A stretch of 58,628 nucleotides of DNA, counting the filler, from Squatina squatina (taxonomy: Eukaryota): assembly GCA_031763465.1 (NCBI GenBank). It is 3 parts of 3 records of this genome, joined end to end, with 100 filler letters (N's around TTAATTAATTAA, not from the genome) between each part and the next. Parts side by side here need not be neighbours in the genome. Positions count along the whole stretch, not along the records: positions 45,667 to 58,628 come from JARFOE010000232.1; 2 more parts are not named here. One strand, given 5' to 3'. The notes beneath the pieces are model-generated. The model was not told the DNA's origin. It worked only from the letters and a program-made list of their open reading frames with translations, and searched no databases. Positions 46,713-58,628 of this stretch are shown piece by piece. The translations under genes were made by a program, and so were the position numbers. How positions within the stretch are numbered: the first letter of the stretch is position 1; each line of letters opens with the position of its first letter.

Positions 46713-46784
46713 ATTATCATTCGATCCATTGTTATCTTCATATTTTGTTTCTATATGAATGGAGAATTTAGGCAAAAAGGAGCA
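46713..46784 (-). CDS. PITPNC1: PITPNC1 internal exon
   Basis: Bounded by ttttcAG and GTaagt; 72 nt. Encodes CSFLPKFSIHIETKYEDNNGSNDN. Confidence 0.92.
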
Positions 46785-48589
46785 CTGAAAAACACAATTA
46801 AATGAATGAATCACCTTTTTGTAACATTCAGACAACAGAATGTTCAATGTGGAAGCATAACAAAGGCCATTGGCCACAAATTCGCTAAGGTGTTTTAAAA
46901 AAAGATAATTTTGTCCAAAGTCAAAACTACGCCAAGTTCTCTCGAGAATCACCGGTTTGAGCTGTTTCTCCGTAATTTCCATGAATCTTCTGCCGAAGTT
47001 ACGATGGACAATCCGGAGAAATCCATGGAACCCCACTGTTTATGTTTAGAGATTCACTATTTCTAAGTTTAGAAATTCACCGTTTCAAGCTTTTAAAACT
47101 TACTTTAATGAGCTTCCTTGAATGTCAATTATCCCTTCCTTCATCAACCAGGTTTGATGCAGCTCTGAGATGATGCTAACCTTCTTTACAGCCAGCCCTC
47201 AAGAGGCACCAGAGACCACTCTCCCTACCAATTGTGTAAATCTTCCTTCACTGCAGGGGAGTGAAAAAAGGAGCACTGAAAAACCACCGCTGTCTGTCTG
47301 TTGCACTCAGTCAGGAACAGAGCAGACAGGAAATCTATCCCCAGTCTGTTTCACTGAATATTTGTGCTTTTAACATTTAGCACCACCATGCGACATGGTT
47401 CTTCAAATTTCAAAATTGTATTTCTGATTGGAGAGCAAATCATTTATGTAAATTTACCATTTACAACAGCAGTCTCAACACATAAGTTTGTTATCTATTA
47501 TGCTACTTGGCCCGACTCCACTTGCTCTGACCTTAGTAATGAGTCTACCAGTGGTCCCGTTAAGCTGCGCGGCCGCACAGCAATCTGGAGGTCCCGTGCA
47601 GGCCGCTCACCAGCTTTTCAATGGGAACACCCACGCATGCACGAAGATTTGAATGGGTNNNNNNNNNNNNNNNNNNNNNNNNNNNNNNNNNNNNNNNNNN
47701 NNNNNNNNNNNNNNNNNNNNNNNNNNNNNNNNNNNNNNNNNNNNNNNNNNNNNNNNNNTAAACTAGGTACAATCCTTGATATCCTCTCTCCCTTTTCATT
47801 TCTTCTCCACTAAAGGTTTTAGGTTGTCAAATGTTGCTTGTATGAAGATATGAGAAAGTTAAGGGTGTTGGGAATAAAGTAATGCCTCCCAGTAACTGAG
47901 ACTACAATGTTTGCTAATTGCCACAATCTCATTTACAGTATTCAGCACACAACATTAGTTACAAGCCTACAAGGTGACAAGTTATATTTGAATGTGCTGC
48001 AGGCTATAAAAAAAGGATTAAAACTAAATCTCAGAGTGTCGCAGAATCAGCTACAGATAAATGACCAGATAGACTCTAAGATGAAGAAAACCTACAAAAT
48101 TACCGAGGGACCATGAAATGATTGCTTCAGGAAAACTACTAGCATAACAATTTGTGTATTTCAAAACCGTATCTTTGTAACACAAATCCAGAACTATCTC
48201 CTGGGTCTTAAAAACAAAATCAACTCAAGGGCAGCATTGTGACACATGCGTGTTGTACCATTGAGTTTTAGGAGAAGGGGTTTGCCATTGCTCGCACAGT
48301 AAATTCTCTGTTTCAGCCACTAAGGAGGTGAGAGTTTCCCCAAAGGGGAACAAGAATTAAAAGATACAAAATCAAAAGGTGAGTTACCCTGAATTCTTCT
48401 CTTGCGCTTTGTTAGGATGGTTACAGAGTAGCACTGGCAGAATGGTGACAGCACATTACTTCCCTGCTCTCAGCAACAAAAAGGTGTNNNNNNNNNNNNN
48501 NNNNNNNNNNNNNNNNNNNNNNNNNNNNNNNNNNNNNNNNNNNNNNNNNNNNNNNNNNNNNNNNNNNNNNNNNNNNNNNNNNNNNNNAA

Positions 48590-49000
48590 GTAACGCCTCA
48601 GTTTCAAAATTCTCATCCTGTTTTCAAATCCCTCCATGGCCTTGTCCCTCCCTATCTCTAATCTCCTTCAGCCCCACAACCCCCCGAGATATCTGTGCTC
48701 CTCAAATTCTGCCCCCTTGAGCATTCCGGATTATAATCGCTCAACCATTGGTGACCATGCTTTCTGTTGCCTGGGCTTTAAGCTCTGAAATTCCTTCCCT
48801 AAATCTCTCTGCCGCTCTACATCTCTTCCCTCCTTTAAGAATCTCGTTAAAACCTATCTGACTAAGCTTTAGGCCATCTGTCCTAATTTCTCCTTATGTG
48901 GCTTGGTATCAAATTTTTTGTTTTATAACATTTCTGTGAAGCGCATTGGGTTGTATGAGTACGTTAAAGGCGCTATATAAATACAAGCTGTTGTTTTAAC
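48590..49000 (+). mobile_element. L2 LINE 3' end
   Basis: Encodes FKILILFSNP-like residues and ends ...GTGAAGCGCATTGGG...GGCGCTATATAAATACAAG. Confidence 0.8.
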
Positions 49001-49314
49001 AAAAGTCCATGAGCTCCTCACATTTATTGTTGGCAGTGAGGGAGGAGGAGGGACAGGATGGTTTGAGAAGGTGGTTAGTGGAGGAGAAGAGAAGCCTGAT
49101 GTTATTTTTGCCATCATGGATGATCTTGGAATAGTGGAGCATTGTAACGATGGAGAGCAGGACCCGGCAGTGCTTTATATGATCGAGCCAAATCTGGTGA
49201 TGGATGATCAGACTNNNNNNNNNNNNNNNNNNNNNNNNNNNNNNNNNNNNNNNNNNNNNNNNNNNNNNNNNNNNNNNNNNNNNNNNNNNNNNNNNNNNNN
49301 NNNNNNNNNNNNNN

Positions 49315-49722
49315 TGAAAACACGGCAGGGGGTGAGATTGGAAGAAGGGATGGGATCAGAGGAAAGTGAAGGGGAAGAAGGTTCCAGAGGAGTGTTGGTG
49401 TCCAAGAGTTGCTGAAGCTTACGGTCCTTGACATCTGAAAGGAAAGAAAAAAGTTTGTTATTAAAGCGTCGGATGAGGCGATGGATGAAATGGAACTGCG
49501 GACCAGGACAGCTTAGAGTGAGTCGGTGCTGTTGAAAAGAGAGGTCAGGAGCATGCATATGTTGGCGCATGGTGTTCAGCGTGGATCTCAGGATGCGGCG
49601 AGAGCAGTGGTTCGAGGAGCGCTGGATATCTTGGAGATATCTGTAGTCCTGGGTGGATCCAAAACATGAAGGGTGGAATTTCAGTTGGAATCCACGTGGA
49701 TTAAGTCGGAGCCGGAGACAGT
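49315..49722 (-). mobile_element. Penelope-like element ORF, N-terminal region
   Basis: Encodes LRLRLNPRGFQLKFHPSCFG...CSRRILRSTLNTMRQH...KDRKLQQL...CRVF, resembling PLE ORF N-termini. Confidence 0.6.
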
Positions 49723-52700
49723 CCCAGCCGAATTAACTGGTCTCAGCTAAGGTATCCCTAGAACTATATAATTGGCCACAGCAACCCTGGGCTATGAAGG
49801 GGAATATGAACTCTTGTTCCTGCCCCGATCAACTGCTCAGTGGTCCCTGCTGTAAAGTACACTGGTGTGAACACCTGATGGAAACCAGATCATGATTTGT
49901 TGTGATGCCTCCCATGATTGAATAGTCTGCTGACACTTATGGGCTGATATTAAGGTCCGCGCGCCGCGTTGGCACATCTATGCATGAAAGAGCTGACCTC
50001 GCCAGATAATGTGAGGTCAGGTCTTTTGAATAATCTTCTGGCACTCCAGCAGCCAGTGAAAGGCTGACAACTGACTGTCGGACGTCACCAATTTTTGGCC
50101 AATGTGACTAGTCTGGGGAACAACAAACTCCTTTGTTTGGCCAAGGAAACAGCAAGAAGGAAAATTGTAAGCAGAGAGCAACCCTGGAGTCAATTTCCTT
50201 TTCTGCCAGCCTTCCTTTCAGTACTCCATCAATACAGGCACTGAGCATCTGGAACACTGCTCAGGTGCTCCAGGAGCAGTATGGGCTCTTCCCCTAACTT
50301 GAATAGGAACAGGAGCCTTAATGAGCCCTGTGCACAGTGTGATTGACCGTGCTCGTGAACAACATTATGGGGCACTCTGTGTATTGTGTGCTGAGTAGAC
50401 CTCAGTGGCTGACTGTGCGAGGTAACCATGCATAATGCACAGTCGTGCTTCGGGCACTACAGGCTGCATTATCAGTCACTGTGACACATGCTGAATCTAT
50501 AAAGCTTGCCAATTGTGATGTATTAATAGATCAATGCATCGTTTAATAGATTGGTATGCAATCTTTTTGCTTTTGAGGAGAAAAGCAAATTGAATTTGTT
50601 GAAAATGTTTTGCATCAAGGAATAGACATTAGGTAGTGTGTCAAGCTTTGAAAGAAATGACTGCAATATATATAGCTTGACTTTTAAAAAGGATTACTGT
50701 GTAATTTGAAAATTAATAATTGTGGTGTTCTGTGGGGATTTACGATGTGCTGAGTTCGCTGTTCTCCACACAATGGAACACCACAAGTAGCTTTTGTGTC
50801 TCTAGGCTAGAGAGACAGAAAAACAAATCATGTTTCCAACTCCTGCTGGTTATTCAGCAAACGCCCTGCCAGAACTTGCATGTGTACAGACATTAGATGA
50901 GGACTGAATCAGGCTTGTGTTCTAATGTCCTTAATGCACTAACAGCCAACCAACATGCTCTTTGAGGCACAGATGTGAAGAACCACTAGTTGTGTAAGGT
51001 ACTGGAGGGTTACCTATGACTGTGTAACTATATCATAGCCAGTGTCAATACCTCTTGGAGAGGCAGGGAGAAACATTTACAAAAAATCTTCATGATAGAC
51101 AGTAATTCCATGGTGAGCACAATAGGTGTTGTGATAGTACTTAACTTCTTATGTATACACCTGTCCTTAGTCCAATACCTGCATCTACTGGCCAAGACAA
51201 AAGAGATCTATTTTGGTGCATTNNNNNNNNNNTATGAATGTCGCCATATAGTTGGGTGCTACCTCTTGGAAGCCACCTGCAGACAGCTTATACCTTAGGA
51301 ATAGCTCTTCTTGTGAACGTGAATTATATTTCCATGCCACCGGATCCTTCCAAGCTATCTCCAGTGATTTGCATCAAATCAGTCGGTCATTATCCCAGAT
51401 GCATCAAGCAAATGATGGAATCCTTGTTTTCAAGGGGCAACACATTCATCACTTTTCCTATGGAATGGAGGCATCAGCTAGATAGGGCACAGAACATTTC
51501 CTGAGTGCTGGGGTTTCCGTAAGTACAGCTTGCTGTATTGCTGACCCATGTATTGTACGCACTGTTGAGTCTGGCTGCCATCTGACAGACAATATCCACT
51601 GATGTTCTCTGGGAGGGTGCCCTGAAGTGCCAAACAGNNNNNNNNNNNNNNNNNNNNNNNNNNNNNNNNNNNNNNNNNNNNNNNNNNNNNNNNNNNNNNN
51701 NNNNNNNNNNNNNNNNNNNNNNNNNNNNNNNNNNNNNCAGGAGTAGGCCATTCAGCCCCGAGCCTGTTCTGCCATTCAGTTAGATCAGGGCTGAGCTGAA
51801 TATAGCAACACTTTAAAAATCTAAATATACCTTGTTGCCATAATTAAAAACAGTGTTACGTAGCTCATGGTTCAGGCTCAGATTGGCATCATTATACAAA
51901 AACAGGAGGTTGAAACTATTCAATCCAGTATATTTTTAAGATTTGTCTGTAGGAAGGTCTAAGATTACAACAGTGAAGACAGATACTGTCATGGTCAGAA
52001 TGTAAGTAAACATCACATATATTGCACCAGGAGGAGAATGGAAAAGTAGGTAGTCCTGTAATGTAGCAGATTTGTGTACCAACTTGTTACACCAAGGTGC
52101 AATGAGATACAACACTCCTCCACTCTCCCCACTTTACGTTTCCAATCTTGGTTGTGCTAATTCAGAGAAGTAGAATATAGGCCAAAGACTCATGAAAATG
52201 GAGGGAAGAAAATTCGATAGTTATATCACCTTGGGCTACTATCACAAACAACCTGACAACTTGTTTCAGAGTAGCATTGGCAGGTGCATGTTAGCAGGTC
52301 ACCTGCTTGCCCTTTCAACCAGAAGATAGTTTGTAACATGGCTATAAAATTAAACCAAAAATAACGGGATGGAATTAAATATTTGAGAACAGAACTGAGG
52401 TTGCACCTAATAGGCGTGTTCAGTACGCTTCCCACCAATTCTCAGTTCTTATAATCCACTCTCTTACAAGCATGTTAATGAGTCTTTATATTTGTCTTTC
52501 CAATCATGCAATATGGTTTTCATTTCTTTTCGTAATGCGATGGAATTAATTAGTATTTTGTTCAAATAACTAATGGAAGANNNNNNNNNNNNNNNNNNNN
52601 NNNNNNNNNNNNNNNNNNNNNNNNNNNNNNNNNNNNNNNNNNNNNNNNNNNNNNNNNNNNNNNNNNNNNNNNNNNNNNNNGCAGGCTTCACAGCCTTTCT

Positions 52701-53784
52701 TATCATGTTCTGCCTTTTCATGTGACTGAGAAGGGGTTGACAATGAGCAATAAGTAAATTACACATTAACTTAGCATTAGACACTTGGCATTCACAGTGG
52801 TGTGCACCTGACTCATGCAAATAGAGCACTTGCACCATATGTTACTTTCCAGGGTTGACATTTATGTGCTGTATGTTGGAAACTTTTCGAACATCCAAGA
52901 TTTTATGAGGTCAAAAGTTTTTTTTTTAAAAAGTTATTTTTATCCATGAGTGCATCATGTGGTCCGCATGTCAGCACCATATGTTGTAAAGCAGTCATAG
53001 GATCCATGGAAAATATCACATTCCAGACAGATCATACCCAAGTGCAGCACAAGCTGGGTGAACAGTTCAATTCTTGTTCAGGCCTGTTCCTCAAATCATG
53101 TATCTGGTTAAAAACCTAATGGTGAACAAACATTCACTTAAATTACACAACTGACTTGATGGGTATTGGGATCTTGGGGAAACTGTTACTAACTTGCTGT
53201 TAAGTCCCATTAAAGATCTTTGTTTTCTATTAATTAAATGTAAAGTGACCAGACCCCTTGGGAAATAGTGTAAGTGTAACCCCCACCTCTTCCAGGTTTA
53301 CTACTATGAATGGGAAGACCAGTTCCCTGCAGTGTTAACATTCTGGTAAGCGAGTTATCAGTGTTTGCTACTCTAAATAAATCACTAGCAAACAGATTTT
53401 TTTAGCAAGTAGGTGTGTCAAGATAGCTGGAAACAATCATTAAGATCACAAAAAAAGGAAAGTGCTATTTGCAGGTGTCTTGAATTGATCCTCTAATAGT
53501 TTATGCTGTTGTTTATTGTTTGTGTATGTATACATAGAAAAGAAATCCCCATTGCAAAATATTTTCAATCATGCATCATTTGCCACTCTCTTTGACCATT
53601 GCCCATTCACTCTGATCAGCCAAAAGAAGATTTGAAGCAATATCAGTAAAACTAGCATATCAATCAGATTATTATTTTTTCTTCCTTTCCCATCAAAGAA
53701 GTTCAAAAGCTTGCTGTGGGCATCTTAAATTTCCAATTAAATTGCATCTAGGATTCAAATTTTGAAAAAAATGTCGATGAGCAG

Positions 53785-54258
53785 ATAGACTTAAAGGTGG
53801 CAGGGCAAGTTAATAAGGCAGTTAAAAAAAACATATGGGTTACTTGGGTTTATAAATCAAGGCATAGAATATAAAAGCAAAGGGATCATGGTAGAACTTT
53901 ATAAATCACTGGAGTAGTGTGGACAGTTCTGAGTACCACACTTCAGGAAAGGTGTTAACCCCTTAGAAAGGGTATGGAGGAGGTTTACCAGGATGTTAAC
54001 AGGGATGAGGGACTTGAGTTATGATAAGAGGTTGGAAAAGTTAGGACTGTTCTTGGAACAGGGAAGGTTAAGAGGTGACCTAATAGAGATTTTCAAAATG
54101 ATAAGTGGGTTTGATAGAGAAAAACTATTCCATCTGGTGAGTGGGTCAATAACCAGAGGTCATAGATTAAAAATCACTGTAAAAAGATCTAGAGGGGAGA
54201 TGAGGAGAATTTCTTTTCACTCAGAGAGTTGTCGGGATCAGGAACTCTCCACCTGAAA
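53785..54258 (+). mobile_element. CR1 LINE ORF2 C-terminal part
   Basis: Encodes GMRDLSYDKRLEKLGLFLEQGRLRGDLIEIFKMISGFDR...TRGHRLKI. Confidence 0.85.
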
Positions 54259-54259
54259 A

Positions 54260-54404
54260 GACTAAACTAAGGGCTCTATATCTGAATGCACGTAGTGTCC
54301 ATAATAAAATGAATGAACTAGTGGCAGAAATAGAGATTAATGGGTATGATCTGATAGCCATTACAGAGACATGGTTACAAGGAGATCAAAGCTGGGAACT
54401 CAAT
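54260..54404 (+). mobile_element. CR1 ORF2 N-terminus (APE endonuclease)
   Basis: Encodes KLRALYLNARSVHNKMNELVAEIEINGYDLIAITETWLQG. Confidence 0.85.
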
Positions 54405-54504
54405 NNNNNNNNNNNNNNNNNNNNNNNNNNNNNNNNNNNNNNNNNNNNNNNNNNNNNNNNNNNNNNNNNNNNNNNNNNNNNNNNNNNNNNNNNNNNNNNN
54501 NNNN

Positions 54505-55036
54505 AGCGGGGAGCTTCAGGGAGATGGGATGGAGTGTTGAGGCGAAGAAGATGGAGAAGAGCGTCGTTGTGATGACACAGCCTTGCTTGACCTCAGTTTG
54601 CACCTGTATTGGATCTGTGGTTGAACCGTTGCTGAGGATCACATCATGGAGCAGGTGGAGAATGATACCTAATTTTTGCGGCAGCCCAATTTGAGGAGAA
54701 CCCTCCATAATCCCTCCCAGTTGACAGAGCCGAAGGCCTTTGTGAGGTCAAAAAAGGCCATGTACAGAGGTTGATGCTGCTCCGCACTTTTCTTGGACTT
54801 GCTGTGTGTTGAAAATCATGTCCATTGTGCTTCTTGATGGGCGGAATCCGCATTATGCCTCTGGGAGGAGCTCTTCAGCCACTGGAAGCAGACAGTTGAG
54901 GAGGATTCTTACGATGACCTTCCCTGTGGCAGACAGCAGGGAGACCCCCTCTGTAGTTTCCGCAATTGGACTTGTCTCCTTTCTTGAAGATGGTCATGAC
55001 TACGGTGTCTCTGAGATCCCCTGGCTTGCTCGCCTC
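54505..55036 (-). mobile_element. RTE/BovB-clade LINE reverse transcriptase fragment
   Basis: Encodes GVSLLSATGKVIVRILLN.L....EELLPEA*CGFRP.RSTMDMIF and VKQGCVITTTLFSIFF. Confidence 0.8.
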
Positions 55037-56820
55037 CTCCCAGATGAGGGAGATGANNNNNNNNNNNNNNNNNNNNNNNNNNNNNNNNNNNNNNNNNNNN
55101 NNNNNNNNNNNNNNNNNNNNNNNNNNNNNNNNNNNNNNNNNNNNNNNNNNNNNNNNACTAATCCTTCTGTGATTGTAAGGTTGGAAGATGATAAATGTCT
55201 ACCTGTTTTTAAATCTGATTTATAATATATAGAATGCACTTTGGGAATTCTCTAAGGTTACATCATTGAGGTCATGCAAACAGCCAAAATATCAGGTCAT
55301 GGTAGCACTTGAACAAATAACCAGAATATAAAAAGTACTCGTGACAAAGATGGCGGTCATATGAATGAATCACACCTTGTTGGAGATTTTCTCCCATGTT
55401 ATTTATCCTCTTCAATCTTTCCTTTTCTGAGGGTGTCAGAAGATATGTACCTTCCAAAGACTCGAGTTTAATCCTCTGAAAGGCTGACTATAATAGGTTT
55501 CCTCACCTAGAGATGCACAGGTGACTTGATTGTTTTGTTCATTAATCCTACTATTAAGGTGGTCGCTGGAAGACTCACAGAAGCACCCAGGCTTGTAGAT
55601 TTTTCTTCATGAGCACCTATTGAAACAGAACAACATGGTAGAATGGTGGTTTCCTCAAACCCGATCTTACATAGCTAAAGGTTTGTGTTATGCTGCTTTT
55701 TTGTAATGTATGCATGTGAAGCAAGAAAAATAAAAGGATGGAATTAGCCCTGCTCTTTGGAGAGAACCTCCAGCTTCAGCCTGGCCTGGCTATTCACGTG
55801 GAGTAAGCTGTCTAAAATGAGGGGTAGCTCCACTGTTGTGGGTCTTGTGTGTGACTTTGTTCTGTAAACAGAGAAGTAGTGCTAACATGATGGATGTTTG
55901 ATGAGTACATACAAAGTGGGCACCCTGCATTCCAGGTTGTGTGAAATAACCAGAAATTATACAGGTTAGATGTGTGGTAAACCTGCTTGTATTTTCCAAG
56001 TGGTCATGTGACAAAAGTTGCTAGTGATGTAGTGTGCGAAGTGAAACTTTGCATTTGAAATTTTGTATTGCTTACTTTCTTGTACTCAGAAGACAATGCA
56101 GGTTCTCCCGCTTACCTGTCGTAATCTCAGTGGAGGAGGCGGGTAAATTTATGTGGTTCGCTGATGTCCTTTCATGAAGGAAACCTGTCACCCCTACCAT
56201 ATGCCTCCAGTCCCACCCTCAGGGCAACGAGGGATGGGTAATAAATACTTCCTTGCCAGTGCCACCCACATCCCAAGATCAAATAATGGATTACAATGCA
56301 TTCCCACACCGCTCCAGTGATGGAGCCTTCAGCTATCTCTGCCCTGCACTCTGGAATTTTCTTCAGATACCTCTCAACCTTGTCACACGTTCCTCCACCT
56401 TCAAATCCTTAATTTAGTTCAATCATGTCTTTGGTTATGGTCTCTAGCATTCTCCAAAATCCAGCTTGTATCCTATATAGTTGCATGTAAAGCTCCCTGT
56501 GATGCTTTAGCACATTAAAAGCACTATTTAAGTTGTTGTAGCTTCTCTGAGTGGAANNNNNNNNNNNNNNNNNNNNNNNNNNNNNNNNNNNNNNNNNNNN
56601 NNNNNNNNNNNNNNNNNNNNNNNNNNNNNNNNNNNNNNNNNNNNNNNNNNNNNNNNAGAATAAGACTAATTCTAATGAAATATTCTGAACTTATTTTATT
56701 CGAAAACTTAGAAGGGGGATATAAAACCAAGGTTGATGTTAATTTTTGTAGCGTGCCGCGGCTTCCGCTTGAGCTCGTAATGTTTGAGACCAACAGGGTA
56801 AACAAGAAGAGTTTCACTCC

Positions 56821-56835
56821 AGCGCCATCTGGTGA
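56821..56835 (-). promoter_or_regulatory. CTCF-like motif in PITPNC1 intron 1
   Basis: The minus strand reads TCACCAGATGGCGCT, matching the CTCF core, and lies in CpG-retaining DNA. Confidence 0.55.
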
Positions 56836-57505
56836 CAGCCGTGGGTGGATGATTGCATTATACTGTACGATAAACGTATTCGCATTTTTATGTTTACCAT
56901 GCGCTATTCTAACAATAAAAGATGACCTTGTTTTTAATGCAGTTCAAGCTATGCAGTTAAGCGCCATACCATATAGTAATAAATCAGTAGTCGTGTAGGA
57001 AGGATAGGATACCATATTCAATTGGAAAATCTAAACAAAGGCACCCTGCATACCAAAGAAACGTTTTTGGTGTAAGTAGCTCGTCCTACTCACTCCCTCA
57101 GCGGCGTCTTATATCTCATCAGCTGCCACTTTCACCGATTTTCCTCAACTTATTTGTTTCTTTTCACTGCTAAATAGTCGTACTTCTGGTAAGGCGGGGA
57201 AGCTTTCTATTGTGTTCAAGACGCAACCCCGTGGTCAGTACACAGCGCCGTCATATGATTTCTGTTATGTGTGATAGCAATGCTTTACAATACATACATG
57301 TATAAACCGAAACAAACGGATCGTTTCCTAATTCTAACAAGCGACCGGAAACGTGCTCAAAACCACGCAAACCCACCAAAACAATTAAACCGTTATCCAG
57401 GACAAATACTATGTGAAAATAAAAACCGAATTTGGCTGCAATTACACAGATCAGACGTGTATTTTGTAGGCCACATTAAATATTTACCATGTGAGCTATA
57501 CTTAC

Positions 57506-57553
57506 CTCCTCTACTGTCAGGGGCATGCAAATCCTGAACTCCTTCACCAACAT
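57506..57553 (-). CDS. PITPNC1: PITPNC1 first coding exon
   Basis: ATG...GAG|GTaagt; 48 nt. Encodes MLVKEFRICMPLTVEE, similar to human MLLKEYRICMPLTVDE. It is absent from the ORF track. Confidence 0.9.
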
Positions 57554-58628
57554 AGTCCTTCCTCGAGAGATTCCTTCTTTGCCTCCCTGAAACTCGTACT
57601 ATTACTCAGGGGTTACTGTAGTTGCGGAGTCACTGCACAGCAAATGAGGTGAAGCAAATCAACCGTTAGCTTCTGAAGGTTCATGCATCAAAACACAATT
57701 GAGTCGACTCTTCCCTTTCTTTCAGATCTTGTTTCAAGTTCAGATCATGTGAAGGCAGAGAGTCGGAATGGACTGAAACAGCTCCTTTCCGAGCATTACG
57801 CGCAATTGTATGTTGTTTGAGGGGGTAAAAACCAAGGAAGAGAGCACTTTCATTCCAACAGAGCCATTGGCAAGGCAACCTTAAGGATGCATTAACCCAG
57901 CAAAACGTGAATGAGTTAACCTCACACTTCACGATACAGCAGGACTACTTGTTCCTTCAGTCTTTCCTTCCCTAGATAAACGCAAACTCGGNNNNNNNNN
58001 NNNNNNNNNNNNNNNNNNNNNNNNNNNNNNNNNNNNNNNNNNNNNNNNNNNNNNNNNNNNNNNNNNNNNNNNNNNNNNNNNNNNNNNNNNNAAATCCTTT
58101 TTCTTTCTACCTTGCTTGTAATAAAAATGAATATAAATAATAACTGAGACCCTCCTAATGTTGTGAATATACTTGGCAAAAGAGAAAGTTCATGTCTCAG
58201 CTAATTTTCTTCACACTTCTAAATGACTGAAAACTATCACGTTGCATGAAGCTTGATGCTATTTCTCATCAAAAGTAGTAAAAGGATTTTCAGCTTGTTC
58301 ACGACATTAATGCCAGTTGATGAGGTTCAAATAAACTCTTGCATTTAGTTCAACTTAAAAATGCTGTTCGTGTTGCTTGTGACGCTAAGAGCACTTGTAA
58401 GAGCACAAGAATCAATAGACTGTCAAGCTTTTAATGTAACCAATATTTGCAAAGTCATCATCATTTGCTTTGTTTATTATGCAGGCAGTTACAAAAATGG
58501 TCCAGGAGTGCTATACATACGTCAATCAGATCACTGACTTGCCAATCAAATTGAGATTGATTGACACTTTGCGCACTGTCACAGCTGGGAAGGTTAGTAT
58601 GTTTTCACCTGTTCCTAAAAGGATGCTT

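Noticed and set aside
55270-55510. Possible minus-strand exon or YY1 motif (AAGATGGCGG) in a PITPNC1 intron
   Set aside because: Stops occur in all frames after the acceptor, there is no PITP similarity, and a single motif is insufficient evidence.

Overview
This is vertebrate genomic DNA, almost certainly from a shark or ray, judged by its CR1/L2/Deu-SINE/Penelope/Harbinger repeat landscape and shark-type minisatellites. It is not prokaryotic. The assembly is very fragmented: mostly 0.3-3 kb contigs joined by 100-N gaps. Two artificial TTAATTAATTAA linkers (21001 and 45611) join three unrelated scaffolds. Scaffold 1 (1-20956) carries four GRIP2 exons and four SRGAP3 exons (+). Scaffold 2 (21057-45566) carries an SLC4A11 exon, a 5-HT7-type GPCR whose second exon breaks off after TM5, a SPEF1 exon (+) and two DQX1/DHX32-family exons (-). 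It also holds a 2.6-kb decayed endogenous retrovirus-like gag-pro-RT and a separate env-like fragment. Scaffold 3 (45667-58628) carries three PITPNC1 exons (-). Most ORFs in the supplied track are spurious (repeats or N-spanning). The best candidate for novelty is the retroelement. It has a coiled-coil Gag, an MHR-like motif, a CCHC knuckle, an in-frame UGA-CGG gag/pro junction and an RT with basal (spuma/SnRV/loki-like) retroviral motifs. All gene and repeat identities come from my recall of family sequences, not from database searches. Repeat boundaries are approximate.
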